Shown piece after piece: positions 25,720 to 39,674 of a DNA stretch of 64,000 nucleotides (positions are counted from its first letter, which is position 1; each line of letters begins with the position of its first letter). The position numbers and the translations under genes are program-made. The notes below the pieces were generated by a model. It saw only the letters and a program-made list of their open reading frames with translations, was not told where the DNA came from and did no database searches. Location of the stretch: the NCBI RefSeq assembly GCF_001194135.2, contig NC_068989.1:70700191-70764190 (forward strand). Direction: 5' to 3'. Source of the DNA: Octopus bimaculoides (lineage: Eukaryota).

Positions 25720-26100
25720 TGTTGTCACTCCGTCGCTTACGACGACGAGGGTTCCAGTTGATCCGATCAACGAACAGCCTGCTCGTGAAATTAACGTGCA
25801 AGTGGCTGAGCACTCCACAGACACGTGTACTCTTAACGTAGTTCTCGGGGATATTTAGCGTGACACAGTGTGACAAGGCTGACCCTTTGAATTACAGGCA
25901 CAGCAGAAACAGGAAGAAAGAGTGAGAGAGAAAGTTGTGGTGAAAGAGTACAGCAGGGTTCGCCACCATCTCCTGCCGGAGCCTCGTGGAGCTTTAGGTG
26001 TTTTCGCTCAATAAACACTCACAACGCCCGGTCTGGGAATCGAAACCACGATCCTATGACCGCGAGTCCGCTGCCCTAACCACTGGGCCATTGCGCCTCC
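25720..26100 (-). mobile_element. Single CpG-rich tRNA-derived SINE of a fourth family
   Basis: Minus head ggaggcgcaatggcccagtggttagggcagcggactcgcggtc..ggtttcgattccc (A and B boxes), followed by a ~300-bp body ending gtcgtcgtaagcgacggagtgacaac. Confidence 0.75.
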
Positions 26101-26889
26101 ACCCTAAAGGCAATATATCTGACAAAAAAATTATAATAAAATTTTTTAAAAAGTTGAAAGGGTCAGAGTTTGGAAATCCTGGTAAATTTAGACTTTTTAC
26201 ATCTGCTGTCTCCAAACTTTGATCAACGGACTTTTGGAATAGCAGCTATCTCTACCCCATGGAGAAGAAAAAGGGCAAGAAACTGATTGTTTCTTTACTA
26301 TTACACCCATCTCATGAGATGAGTATAACTAGCATAAAACAAATCCCTTTGAATGACAAAATTGATGCGGTTAATACCCAGCTGGAGCATCTGCAAAGCA
26401 ATGCGTGCAGCACACACACACACACACACACGCAAATTAGAGTATTTTAACAGAAATATGGTAACAAAAAGGATTAACCCCCTCCATCATTGCTATGTGA
26501 ACCAAAAGGAGTTATGACATTAAGCTGATGTGAACATACCAAATGTATTTAAAATATTTTCACCCTTTTCTCTCCTGCCAGTCATCACCCACACCCCACC
26601 CGGAACCACTTCAATTTGACATCCATCCCGCATTCTTATCACCTTTCTTTCTCCACAACTCATATTTACCATCAACCACCCCTCCAACTTCGTTCACCAT
26701 TCACAATATTCACCTCTACCCCTATCTCTAACCAACTCTCTCTCCCTCTACACTCTTGCAACCTTCACCCTCTTCTATTCACTGTCTTGTACCTCAAGGG
26801 TACACTCCAACACATCATCAATATCTTTTTTTTTTTTGTTTTCCCTCTCCAGCTCCACCTCATTTACTCTCATCCACCTTTATATAATA

Positions 26890-27100
26890 CTTTCTAAAAC
26901 AGGCTTAAGGCCTGAAATTGTGGGAGAGGAGGCTAGTCGATTACATCGACCACAGTACGTAACTGGTACTTATTTCATTGAACCCGAAAGGATAAAATGC
27001 AAAGTCAACCCCGGTGGAATTTGAACTCAGAACGTACCAACGGGTGAAATACAGCTAAGCATTTCGTCCAGCGCACTAACGATTCTGCCAGCTTGCCGCC
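26890..27100 (-). mobile_element. SINE family B copy, CpG-retaining
   Basis: Full reverse complement ending in gccagcttgccgcc. Confidence 0.85.
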
Positions 27101-27259
27101 TGTAGCCACATATATCTTCTACACCAACAAACCCTTTCCATTTCTTTCTATCAGTATAATACGACATCCCTCTCTACTATACTCACAATCAGCTGAGGGG
27201 GTATCTTTAAGTCTTGTTAGTTACATAGCAACCTGGTGTCATGGAAAAAACACCCCTGC

Positions 27260-27419
27260 GTGACTGTGTAGTAAGAAGCTTGCTTCCCAACATAATTCCA
27301 GGTTCAGTCCCACTGCGTGGCACTTTGGGCAATTTGTCTTCTACTATAGCCTCGAGCCGACCAAAGTCTTCTGTGTGGATTTGGTAGACGGAAACTGAAA
27401 GAAGTCTGTCGTGTGTATG

Positions 27420-27494
<75 letters not shown>

Positions 27495-27670
27495 TTGCCC
27501 CCCCCCCCACCATCGCTTAACAACTGACATTGGTGTGCTTATGCCCCCGTAACTAAGCAGTTCGGCAAAAAGGTGCTAGGCTTACAAAGAATTAAATGCC
27601 AGGGCTGATTCATTTGACTAAAGGCAGTGCTCCAGCATGGCTGCAGTCAAATGATTGAACAAAGTAAAAG
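27260..27670 (+). mobile_element. SINE family A copy with internal (TA)n(TG)n
   Basis: Head, CORE-like segment, microsatellite and tail all present. Confidence 0.8.
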
Positions 27671-29087
27671 AGTACTCTACGTAAAGTGGTTTGCCTTAGG
27701 AAGGGCATCCAGCCATAGAAGAGATACTGGATCCAAATATAGTCGTCTGAGCTGTTAGATCTTGTTAAATTGTCCCACACATGCCAGTATTGCAAAGAGA
27801 TGTGAAATGATGATGATAATAGATAATAGAACTGTCAATGATATGGAAGAAAAAAAAAACCAATGAACAGAACCTCCAAGAAAAAATTTGAAATGTGAAA
27901 CAAGAGTGCTTTTGGGGTTTGTGAGTGCATGTGTGTGTGTGCTTTTATAGCAAGCACCCATCAGATATTCATACTTCATCTCTTCTTAGTTCTCTGGGGC
28001 GCTTATCAATACCCAAGTAAAACCTCCTCCTTTCTTAGGCCCAGCCAATGAAAGCTTATCAATTAAATATTGAAAGGAAAAAAAATTTAATCAAGAGATT
28101 TCCACAAAATTATGAAATGGTTTAGTTAACAAAAGAAAGAAAGACAAAGAAAGCCCTTTCATTCTTGAATATTTTAGGATCATTTGAAATTCCCTTATTT
28201 TAAAATCTTGTTTTAAATAAAACTCAATGGAATGTCTGTAGAATTACAATTTAAAACAAATGTGTGTGTTTGTGTATTGTGTGTTTTATGCAGTGTGTAT
28301 ATTGTGTGTTATATGTGTCTGTGTACAAAACAAACAGAATTCTATCGGGAAAGCTAGCTAGTTTGTTAAAGAATTTTAAAACATACAAAAACAAACTTGT
28401 ATCTTTCCGAGTCATAACATAAAAAACAAAGAACACAACATAACAAACTAACAAACAAAAATAAACCCTCAGCCAGTTACTAAATAGTTTTTGGAAAGCA
28501 CTATTCTAGTTGTTATTTTCGACTTTTCCTATTGTCTTCCCAAGAAATAATAACAGCACCCTCTTATTGATTAGGAAAAGAAATTGCTTTACAGTTGGTT
28601 TAGCGGTAATTTCTCTTTCAGCATCATTATTATTATTATTATTATTATCCTTTTCAAGAGAAATTCCACTGAATAAAAATGTGCAAAACTTTATGTTTTC
28701 ATATAATTGATTCATGACGGTGTAATTTCAATGGTAACAACTTCAGACATTATTTAAAGATAATAAGGCTATTTAAGCAAGCGCACTCGCTAGCTAGCTT
28801 CCGTATTGTTATTATTATTATTATTTTCAATGCCACTGATAACATTCTGGAACAATTGACAAAGACTAATAAAGAAACAAAGAACACATACGCGCGTATA
28901 CACACAACACACGCACCCACTCACACGTGCACGCATGCTCACGCTTATCTCGTTTTCCTTTTTTCGTTCTTCCTCTCCCACCTACATAAATAAACAAATA
29001 TGGGGAAATACCAACCAGAAGATAAAAAGAATTTTTAAAACAAGTTCCTTGTAATGATTAACATTTCAATTCAAACATGGTTCATTT

Positions 29088-29124
<37 letters not shown>

Positions 29125-29339
29125 AGAATGTACAAATAAGACAGAGAACTGAACACATGTAGCAGAGTGCAATATATTGTTTTAATTACAACTGAAACAC
29201 TAAGAGGCAACACCTTCGTGCAAACGACTTATCAAATTTGATAAGTGCATTTGCACAAACCTTTTCCCCCTTGAGCCACTGATATAGCTTCAACAACGAT
29301 TGTTTGTAAGATAGGCAGACAACCTGAAATTCAGTGAAA

Positions 29340-30175
29340 TGGACTAGTCGATACCATTGACCTGAATAACAATTTGTTTTATCGATCTTGTACAAGGCAA
29401 AGTTGATCACTGTGGCATTTGAACTTAGAATATACAGAGCAATAATAACAATAATCCTTTCTCTGACCTCAGTATTCCACTGATACTTAATTTATTCACC
29501 CCTGAGAGGATGAAAGCAAAGTCGACCCCAGCGTCATTTGAACTTAGAACAGCAAGACAAAATACCGCTAAACATTTCGCCCGGTGTGCTAACGATTCCG
29601 CTAGCTCGCCACCTTGAGCGATAATAATAACAATAATAGTTATTATTTCTAATTTTTTTTAACAAGGCCAGCAAATTAAGAGGAAAGTGGGCAAGCTGAC
29701 TACATGAACCTCAAGCAGTTGACTGGTATTTTATGTTATCCACCCTGAAAGGATGAAAGGCAGGGTTAACCTCCTTGGGATTTGAACTCAGAACAAAGTC
29801 AAAGGGAATACTGGAAAGCTTTTTTTTTTTCCCTGGTGCTCTAATAATAATCCTTCTTACTGAAATTTTGTGGTGAGAGGGGACTAGTTGATTACATCAA
29901 CCCAGTACTTGGCTGTTGTTTATTTTATCAACCTTGAAAGAATGAAAGGCAAAGTCAACCTCGGCAGAATTTGAGCTCAGAATGTAAAGATGGACGAAAT
30001 GCAACTCATATTTTATCTAGCATGTTAACGATTCTGCCAGCTCGTTGCCTTTGATGCCCTAATAATAATAATAATAATAATAATAATTTCAAATTTTGGC
30101 ACAAGGCCAGTCTTTAAAGGGAAGGGTAAGTTGATTACATCGACCCCTGTGCTCAGCTGGTACATGTTAATTTAT
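29340..30175 (-). mobile_element. Stack of about five SINE B copies or fragments, same orientation
   Basis: Repeated aaaggatgaaaggcaaagtc...tttgaactcagaa units separated by (AAT)n. Confidence 0.85.
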
Positions 30176-31220
30176 GTACCAAACACCAGCTTAACAAAGA
30201 CAATTATTTTCCTAAATTCTTCATTATTTAAAAAATTAATTGAAACAAATAGCAACCTATTTCAACAGAAATATTGTAAAATAAGGGTTGACTTTTGTTT
30301 CTTTCTCTCTCCTAAACTCTTTCGTGTGACTCCTTCACTTATCTTCATGCTCTAGTAAAAGGGAAAACCTTCATGCTCTAAATACGTAAGGAAAACTGAA
30401 ATAAGATGTCTATCTCTTAGTATTAAGTCTATTGACATTTTATTACCCACCTCTGGGTGGCAACAAAAGGGATGGAAGGAAGGAAGACAGCACTAACAAC
30501 TTAAGACTAGTGGAATCTACTTAAATCTAAGGCATAGTTCAAGGTGCCAATGTTGTTAATAATGACTATTGCATCACCTTTAAAGGACCACTGACTAACC
30601 CTTTTCTAATAAGGGGTTCCCCTTCTTGACATTATATATGTGTAAGCAAAGCAGAGGGGCTGACTGAAATAACCACTTATGTCAAGCTAACATCTTTTGG
30701 ATATTTTGCAGTATTCTCATGGACACACAGACAGACAGATTTACCAATTTTTTTTTGGGCGGGTGGTGAAAAAGTGTGGCTGTGTGGTAAGAAGTTTGCT
30801 TCCCATCAACCACACAGTTCCAGGTTCAGTCCCATTGCCAGGCACCTTGGGCAAACATCTACTTATAGTCCCAGGCTAGCAAAAACCTGAGTGGATTTGG
30901 TAGAAAGGAAACTGGGAGATGTTTGTTGAGTATGTGTATCAATCTCCCCTGTTGAATCCTTTCCCCACAACATATCCCCTTTCCATCTCCCGCTTTCCTT
31001 TTGGAATCTTGCAAATTCATCCATCCACTCATCCTATCCAATCTTTGGTCCATTTATATATGCTTCCCTATAACTTGACTGTGACTCACCCCCTACCCCA
31101 CCCTGTCACATCTTCACTATCTTCTCTCCCCACTGTCTTCTCTCTCTCTCTCTCTCTCTCTCTTTCCTACTGAGGTAGCCATGTATCTCCTTTAATACAA
31201 GACTCCTATTTCTCTTCTTT

Positions 31221-31553
31221 AAGGGTAATGTTCCCCTTCGGTCATGAATGACCATGGGATTGCACATAGAAAGTTCCCCTCCAAGGCACAAGTCTGGACA
31301 AGGTTGTTTATGGAAGACCAGCAGTTGCCCATGCACACCAGCCTCCCCTCTCCATCACCAATGTTATCCAAGGGAAAGGCAAAGGCTGATACAGCTTGGC
31401 ACCAGTGACATCACAGCTCATTTCTACAGCTGAGTGAACTGGAGCAACATGAAATAAAGAGTCTTGCTCAAGAACACAATACACAGCCTAGTCCAGGAAT
31501 CAAACTCACTACTTCATGATTGTGAGTGATGCTCCAACCACTGAGCCTATTCA
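31221..31553 (-). mobile_element. SINE family C copy
   Basis: Colinear with 38228-38558. Confidence 0.85.
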
Positions 31554-31684
31554 TACTCTAATTACTCATCAGTTGGCACAAAAATATCTCCCTCCTACTC
31601 AGCTGAGGAGGTCTTGTCTTGTAAGTTATTTGGTGACCTCACTGTTGTTGATGCCATGTAAAAAAAAAAAAGCACCCTCTATAC

Positions 31685-31860
31685 CAGGGGTCCCTAAACC
31701 CATGGTCGCAACCTGAAAATTTGTTTTTTTCAATTTCTCCCATTTAAGGGTTATTGAAAATCATTGTGTGTTAGTAATATAAACTTTCTCAATAAAACTA
31801 TATACAATTATGAATAGGTGGAACCATTCCAAATTATTGGTAATTAACACTGGGTCGCCA
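31685..31860. mobile_element. Partial hAT-like MITE
   Basis: Starts caggggtccctaaacc..ggtcgc and has gggtcgcc near 31852; the right terminus is lost. Confidence 0.45.
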
Positions 31861-33699
31861 AATCATGTGGCTGTGAAGCGAAATTGTTAACCACACAGCC
31901 ATACCCGTTGCCTTTATACAACATTCAACACCCTTTCTGTCATCAAAAACAACTTGGATATCAAGATATACATAAATATATCCCTTGTTGATGCTTATAT
32001 ATATATATATATATATNNNNNNNNNNNNNNNNNNNNNNNNNNNNNNNNNNNNNNNNNNNNNNNNNNNNNNNNNNNNNNNNNNNNNNNNNNNNNNNNNNNN
32101 NNNNNNNNNNNNNNNNAACATTGAACACTTTGGCTAAGTGCCTTTTTACAAATAGTCTCTGTGAAACCAAAGCCGTGAACATAAAATTTGGTAGACAGAA
32201 ATTGTGTTGTGTTGTATGCATGTAGCTTTCAGTGATGTGAATTGGCGAAAGATGTAAAGATCAGCAAGAAAACTGATAAAACTATTAATATTTTATTCCA
32301 CCTGAGTTGCTGCGACATTTCCCTTGTTGTTCCCTGCATCATAAATGCAGGGAATCTGTGACCAACCTGTTGAAATCCTGTAACCAACAATGCTTAGCGC
32401 TTGCAAAATGGTATAAGAAATAAAATAAACATGTGTGTATCTGTTTTATGTGCTCTTCTGAAACCTTGTTGTGGATGTTATGAGCATCTTGTGAAGGAAG
32501 TTAGGGAATGGGAATAACAAAAGACTACCCTTTTAATATACTTTTTGGTTTAAAGCAGATTAAAGAAGAGAAAGAAATCTGAAGAAAAGATGAAAGCAAG
32601 AATAGTTTCAAGATGAACACTTTCACGAATGCTCAAGACAAATGTTTTTATGATTGCTTTATCAGCGCGCTACCATCTTATTCTTACTCTTTCATAAAGG
32701 TGCTGCTTTAGGTGATGTGAATTGGAAAAGTGCAATGATCACGTGTTTCCAAAATACATTAGGACACAAAGAATTGGTTTCAATCAGCAGTCAAAAGAGG
32801 TTTGAAAGATTCAGATTGCCAGAAGCTTATCTCTATTACACTGTGGTGCTTGCTACAATTCTTCACTATTAAACTGCTAAGAGGTGAAAGCAAAATATAA
32901 AAGATTTATGGCAAGGATGCTAAAATTTAGAGACTACCTATAGGAAATAAAAATCACGAATAAAGTTTTTCTTTTATAAAAATGTTCATCAAAGAATCAG
33001 ACATAAAAATACAAAACAAATCAAACCTTTTCTTGCAACTATTTCCTATTCAATATATAGGTTAAGACTCACAAATTCCAGGTGTGTTTTTCCTGGAAGC
33101 TTCATATTTTAATTCATTCTCGGTATGTTCTGGTAGATGCAAATATAGATATGTGATTGTTGTTGTTTTTTGCCACTGGAGAATATTTTCCTAACGTGTG
33201 ATTCACTGGAACAACAGCAATCAGTTATGTTTGAACCATCCGGAACATATTAAGAAAGGATATGTTATTGTTTGGATTCTTGCTGCTCTGATTGCACCCC
33301 ATGAATTATTATCTGAATGACAGACATCAACATACATCATGAAATAATTTGTTTGCTCATTCCTATAAACAAGGGCTTGTGTTCTTGTGAGACTCATCAG
33401 TCTGGTAAAGTAACTTTGACTGAGAAGACACACAACAAGGTTGAAACAACGATGTCTTCAAGTTCTCTTTATACTGGTGAACTAGTGAATCACATTATGA
33501 ACATGCATCACCAAAAGGGAGGAGATGTTCTCTGGTGATGAAAAACAACAGCGATCAAATATTCAGGTTCAAATTTACTAGAAAGAATTTTTTTAAAGTC
33601 AATAGATATGTTGTTGTTGGGATTCTCACTGTTCCGCATACATTCCATGAATTTACTTTATATTTTTCCATCCACCCATTTTCTCATTCATTATACCTG

Positions 33700-34135
33700 G
33701 TAAGGTCGTTGAGTAGAGTCCTCAGATACTGTGACCACAGGGTCATATCAGAAACAACCATCATTACAATTTTTGACTGGATTTCCAAGCATAACAACTG
33801 AGATTTTGGATATTATCCAACCATCTCCTTCTTGGTTTGCTCCGGCGTCTCCTGCCAGGTGACTCAGCTTGAAGAATCTGTCTTGTGATTCTTTCCAGTG
33901 AAACAACCATAGTAAAGAAACTATGATCTCTTAATGTGGAAAGGTAGTAGCTTGATCTGGAGAGACTTCCAGATTTTTGAGCTATGGACCCTGTCAAGTA
34001 ACATATTTTTAACTTTACTAAAGCCTGTATTAAAGTCATACTCCCAGAATGCCACTGTAAAGAGATGCACTTTAAAACATCATCAGCTAAGTTCAGAAAT
34101 TTATATATCCTTTATATTAGATAAGTCAATCCATA
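33700..34135 (-). mobile_element. Decayed 3' fragment of an RTE-clade LINE (ORF2 C-terminus)
   Basis: LERITRQILQAESPGRRRRSKPRRRWLDNI matches the RTE G(K/R)RxRGRPxxRWxDxI motif. Confidence 0.75.
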
Positions 34136-34571
34136 CCATGTCTTCCAAACTTGACAATATCATATCCACTGCTAGTATTTTGAAGCAACACCCACACGTT
34201 CACTCCTTTCACATATATTCTCCTGTTCTATGTTTTCAACATAAAAAAAAAGTTACTTCATCATATCTACACACTTCTCAATAGGTTTAAAGTGACTGAT
34301 AATGACAGTAGGTTACTTGAAGAAAAGAAGAACCAAGGTAGTAGATCTTCAGAGAACATCTAAAAAATGTTGAATGTAGGAACTAAGAGAGTGGTGTAAC
34401 ATATGTAAGTCACAAAGAGTTACAAAGCTTCAGATATCAATGATTTATGGAAAGGAAAATTGTCTACATTTGCACACCTGCTAACTTTCCTCATAGTTAT
34501 TATTATTTTGAATATTAGGTAAAGCATCAAAGTATATCATTACTAAATGTAGTTTTTCAGAATATGTAAGC

Positions 34572-34717
34572 AGTATAGCCCATGCTCAGTCTAATCTGTG
34601 CTAGCAGTATAACTTATGTTCATAGTCTAAGCCATGTTAGCAGTCTAATCCATGCAAGAAGTCTAAACTATCCATTTTCCATGTTAGTATGAGTCTAACC
34701 CATACTAGCATGGAAGA
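34572..34717 (+). repeat. Degenerate 18-bp minisatellite (agtctaatccatgctagc)
   Basis: About six to seven successive units; the last runs into catggaag, like the family D tail. Confidence 0.75.
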
Positions 34718-36995
34718 TACCCGTAAAAATGGGGGGAAAAAAACACTGAAGAATGTTGAAAGTGTCCTGTGCAGATTCAGTGACAAACACCAAGGTCCTT
34801 AGATGAGCAAAGACCACCAGGAAAATATAAGGAGGCAACAGGCTCAGTTCATTGGGCACCATATGAGAAGAAAAAACCTTGACTTGAGCAATTGGTAACA
34901 AGAAACTGAAAGGAAGCAAAACCAGGAGAGAGAGAGAGAGAGATGCACCAGCAGCACCCGGCTGGTAGTTATTTATAGCTGAGCAGACCAGTGCAAAGTG
35001 AAATAAAGTGACTTGTTCAAGGACACAATGCATTGCCTAGTCCAGGAATTGGATCTATGGTCTTATGATTATGAGTGAATACCCTAACCTTGAGGCCTTG
35101 TGCTTTCATGTATTAACAATCATAAGACACTATCAACTGATTTCTATAAATGGCCTGATCAGATTTTGGTGTGTAGCTGGCAGCACCATAGTTATGGAGA
35201 ATGATAACCAGAATAAATTTTAAAGAACCTTCAGTTTTTCTTTATAATGATTACCATCAGGAATGTAGTATCAGGTTAATGAAAATATGATACAGAAAAA
35301 AAAAAGGGGAAAAACAAAAACAACCACCTACAAATGACCAGATGGAATGAGGAATATAAGTAAGAAAGAAGAGGAATTAGAAAAGCAAAATAAGAACTGG
35401 ATATTAGCGGCATTAAATGTCATTTATAAGAGAAAATATGGGAATAGTTCTTCAATTATTCAAAGAAAAATTATGAATATGAAAAGCAATGAGGTTATGG
35501 TACATTCATAGAGAAAGCAATGACAGTTATCTTCTTTCTCTTTTTATGTATGTGTACAAACTGAAAGTACTTCTATACAAAAAGCTTGTTGCTAGGTATT
35601 ATCAGTTGGTAACCATGAAGACTATTAGGCAGATACACAGATGTCACAGTTGATGTTTGCAGCTAATTCCTCTGAAATTTGACTGTATATCCATTGAAGT
35701 AACTATCAAGTTGGATTCTCAATTCTGTTGCAAAGAAATTTCTCAATTAAGACTGATCAAGGAAAGTATTTGTATAGAAGTAAACAAGAAATGAAGAAAG
35801 ATAAGAACAGATGGAGAAGACTAATTTTGTGGGCCTAGAGAGAGTTTGTGCGATAGGATAGAGAGAGAAAATATCATTCATGTTAAGTATTTCCTCTTGT
35901 ACAATTAATGGCTTAGGTGAAGGAAATGAACCGAGAGAGCAAACATTACAAAATATAATTCCCACCATACAAAAAAAAAAGCAAACAAAACAAAACAAAA
36001 CTATGCCATCGTTTTTTTACTTTGAAGGTCAACCTTCATCATCATCAATGCTTTTTAACACTTAGGCACATCATAGTATTGTACAAGTTTTCTCCCCTGT
36101 AGCTGCAGGCACATTGTGTGGTATTGAGAGGGGAGAAAACTTGCATGGCGACATGATGTGTCAACAGTATGCTAAAGGTTAATGTTCACATTTCCAAGCT
36201 TGCAGGAGTCAGATGAAATTTGTTAAGACATATTTTCTATAGCCAGATGCCCTTCCTGTTGGCAACCCCTATCTGTTTCCAAGCAAGGTAATATTTCCTT
36301 ATGTGCAGAAAATGTTTTCACAGAAGATGGCAAATGAACAACATTGCTTGTATGATGGTGATGCTTGTTTACAGTTGTTGCCCTATGTCAAGACAGGGAC
36401 ACACCCACATCAGTGCCACATAGCAAGCACTTGTGCTGACACCATGTAAAAAGCACCTGTGCCAATGCCACATCAAGGCACCCAGTACACTGTTGACATT
36501 AAGAAGGGCATCCAGCCATAGAAACTATGCTGAAACAAACATTATATACACACACATTTATATATAAAACTGTTTGGCCTATAAAAGCATATAAGTGCAC
36601 ACATACCTACAAACACACAAACTGCCACCACCACTACTACACACACAAACATATGTGAATATGAAGAGAGGATAGAAACATCGTTTGCTACCAGAAATGA
36701 GCATTAACTAAGAGGGTATTTTTTCAGTAGGTTTTCTAGCAGATCACAAAAGAACACATTCAACTACATATTACCACATTTGATTAGTCACTCCTATATG
36801 TATACATGTACTAATGGAAAATCAGAGAAAGAAAATGGTGGTGGTGGTGGTGGTGGCGGTAGCTGTACTCAAACTTTACAAGTAGTTTTATAAAGGAACT
36901 ATTATTAATGCCAGACTTCAAGTGTTTAGTGTAGTGTAGTGTAGTGTAGTGTGTATAAGCCTCAACAAAAGAACCATTGTTCTCTCGGTACTTAC

Positions 36996-37057
36996 TTCAG
37001 TGACGAATTCAGTTTGGTGGCCTTATTGGTAAAATCCTCCCAGATTGGTGAACTTCT
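36996..37057 (-). CDS. MTSS1: Internal coding exon (62 nt, phase 0 to phase 2) of an MTSS1/MIM-family I-BAR (IMD) protein: RSSPIWEDFTNKATKLNSSL(K)
   Basis: Minus-strand acceptor ggttttcttttctcttttttcgttttacag| and donor |gtaagt. The translation matches human MTSS1 GSYPVWEDFINKAGKLQSQLR at 13/21 positions (recalled sequence). Length and phases match my recollection of vertebrate exon 2. Confidence 0.9.
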
Positions 37058-37359
37058 CTGTAAAACGAAAAAAGAGAAAAGAAAACCATTAATAATTGAA
37101 TTTAATATGTTTTCATTATGACAACAATGTTTACAAATTATATCTTAAGTATGACAACACACACACACATACAAACATGTGCAGACACACGCATGCACAC
37201 ACTCACACTCACACACAATGAGTTTTGTACAAAAGTTTCAGTCAATGAAATTCGCTCACAAAGCACAGGTTAGTCTTGGTTACAGTAAAAGACATTTATC
37301 CAAATGGTATCAAATTATGGGATTCTGAATTTCTAGGTACTATAATAATAATAATAATC

Positions 37360-37572
37360 CTTTCTATGAAAAGCACAGGGCTTGAAATTTGGTGGGAAGG
37401 GACTAGTCGATTACATCAACTCCAGTGCATCACTGGTACTTAATTTATCAATCTTGAAAGGATGAAAGGCAAAGTCAACCTCAGCAGAATTTGAACTCAG
37501 AATGTAGATACAGACGAAATGCTGCTAAGCATTATTGCCTGGCATGCTAATGATTCAGTCAGCTTGCTACCC
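37360..37572 (-). mobile_element. SINE family B copy
   Basis: Family pattern, 0.3 kb upstream of the MTSS1 exon. Other isolated copies lie near 14003 (+), 40503 (+), 45270 (-), 52365 (-) and 56615 (+). Confidence 0.85.
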
Positions 37573-37839
37573 TAATAATAATCATAACAGTAATAATAAT
37601 AATATTAACGAGAACAACAACAACAACAATAGTATATAATTGTGATAAAATATGTTGTATGTGACAAATTTTACAGCTCATGAAAAGTCACAAAATTCTC
37701 TGAAATTACGCAGTGCTCAGTATATCAAAATCGATTGCTGGAGATTAATTACCAAGAAATTGAATGATAATGTGCAATGGGGCTGAACTCAAAATCATGT
37801 GGTTGAGAAGTGAGTTTCTTAACTACAGTGCTATGTATG

Positions 37840-37895
<56 letters not shown>

Positions 37896-38227
37896 ACACA
37901 CAGATAGATAGAGGGAGAGAGGTTGATATCATGGCCATCTGGCATATATCAGACTGGCAGACCGATTCCTGCTGGTGATTGCATTTACTTATTTTCCTTT
38001 ACCCCTCAATATACTTTGAGGGTGGTGGTGTCTATGTTGCTTTTCAAGGGATCAATAAGCATTAAGGATGCTGAAATAATGGTGAACTGCAACTGGAAGA
38101 GAGCAGTAATTTAAGGATAAAACTCCTTAATTTCCAGCCGAATATCAATGCAATAATCACTATTCACCAAATACATATTCAACATTAAACTATTAGCATT
38201 CAGATTATTCTGTCAAATATAAAAAAA

Positions 38228-38558
38228 GGTAAAGACCCCGTTCGGTCATGAATGACCATGGGTTTGCACCTAGAAAGTTACCCTCCAAGGCACAAGTCCG
38301 GGCAAGGTTGTTTTATGGAAGGCCAGCAGTCGCCCATGCATATCAGCCTCCCCTCTCCATGCCACCAGTGTTATCCAAGGGAAAGGCAAAGGCCGATACA
38401 GTTTGGCACCAATGACATTGCAACTCATTTCTACAGCTGAAAGGACTGGAGCAACATGAAATAAAGTGACTTGCTCAAGGACACAACACACAGCCCGGTC
38501 CAGGAATCAAACTCACTACCTCATGATTGTGAGCCCAACACTCTAACCACTGAGCCAT
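38228..38558 (-). mobile_element. SINE family C, full-length (tRNA-like head, gtgtccttgagcaag segment, tail ending cggggtctttacc), inserted in a piggyBac MITE
   Basis: Head atggctcagtggttagagtgttgggctcacaatc..gagtttgattcc. Other copies at 31221-31553 (-), 56284-56578 (+) and a partial copy at 34935-35100 (-). Confidence 0.85.
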
Positions 38559-39635
38559 AATACTTATTAATTCACTTTGATTTGAATTAATTATGCATTA
38601 TCTTGCAGCTTTGCAATTTCAATAATGTAATTGTATATTTTCATAATGACATTGTTAGGTAGGTGTGAGAGGCCAGAACTGGCCAGTTTGAACATAAAAC
38701 AGGTAGAAAATTTGGGGCTGGATACATTTAAATGGTCTAAATGCTAAAGGGTTAAATATTCTGATTATATCACCATAATGTGACTGAATTTTTAGGGTTC
38801 TTTTCAGTTTTGTTAAGAATTTTCATTAAATTTCTTTAAATATTACTTATTAAAAATTATCAATAACACAAAAGGAATTATTGTTTATTAGTAATTTTAC
38901 ATGACAGGGATTCATAAGTTATCAAATGATTCCATGTAGGGGTCAGTCATATAAAAATTTTGCTGCTCCTTGGTTTAGAATTAAGATGGGCCCTGAAAAG
39001 CAAATGTATTTTCCATATATGTCACAGATTCTCCCATTTTAGACGATGTATGAGGGTTCTACAAGTTCTTGCTGAACAACCACACAGATGTTTTGTTTAT
39101 AGTGATCAAATGTTTGTGTTCACGTAAGCTCACTTCCTCCATCAAATCAACATTACCTGTCATCAGGACATATATGTGCATGTACTTGTGTGTATGTGTG
39201 TGTGTGTGTGTGTGCAAGTGTGGACAGGCAGCGTCTTTGCTTTGCAACCTGACACTAAAACATGCCCGGCCACTGTGCTGTTTGTTTTTCAAAGGACAAA
39301 GGTAAAATATCACTTTACTTGGAAACAAGTGAGTGTTGGGGATAGGAAAAGCATCCAGCCAGTCGAAGAAAATTGGCTCCAACAAATTTTTGCTTGATTC
39401 ATACAAGCATGGAAATGTGGACACTAAAACGATGATGATGATGATGATATATTTGACAAAAACTTCTAGACAAGGATGTCAACAGGTCAATGGGATAAAG
39501 GCATCTACTGAAAACAGTTTGCATGCCAGTACCAGACTGAGTAGGATATCTGTAGGAAGAAGATAAGGTAGTAGACATACCAAGCTGTATAGCATGCATG
39601 CGTCTGTCTGTATGTATTTATATGTGTCTAAGTAT

Positions 39636-39674
<39 letters not shown>

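Noticed and set aside
26025-26100. tRNA gene, also at 56284-56350 and other SINE heads
   Set aside because: A and B boxes are present, but there is no full cloverleaf or acceptor stem and each continues into a SINE body.
32330-32354. 10-bp hairpin as a Helitron 3' end or terminator
   Set aside because: No CTRR terminus follows, and a stem this short is expected by chance in 64 kb.
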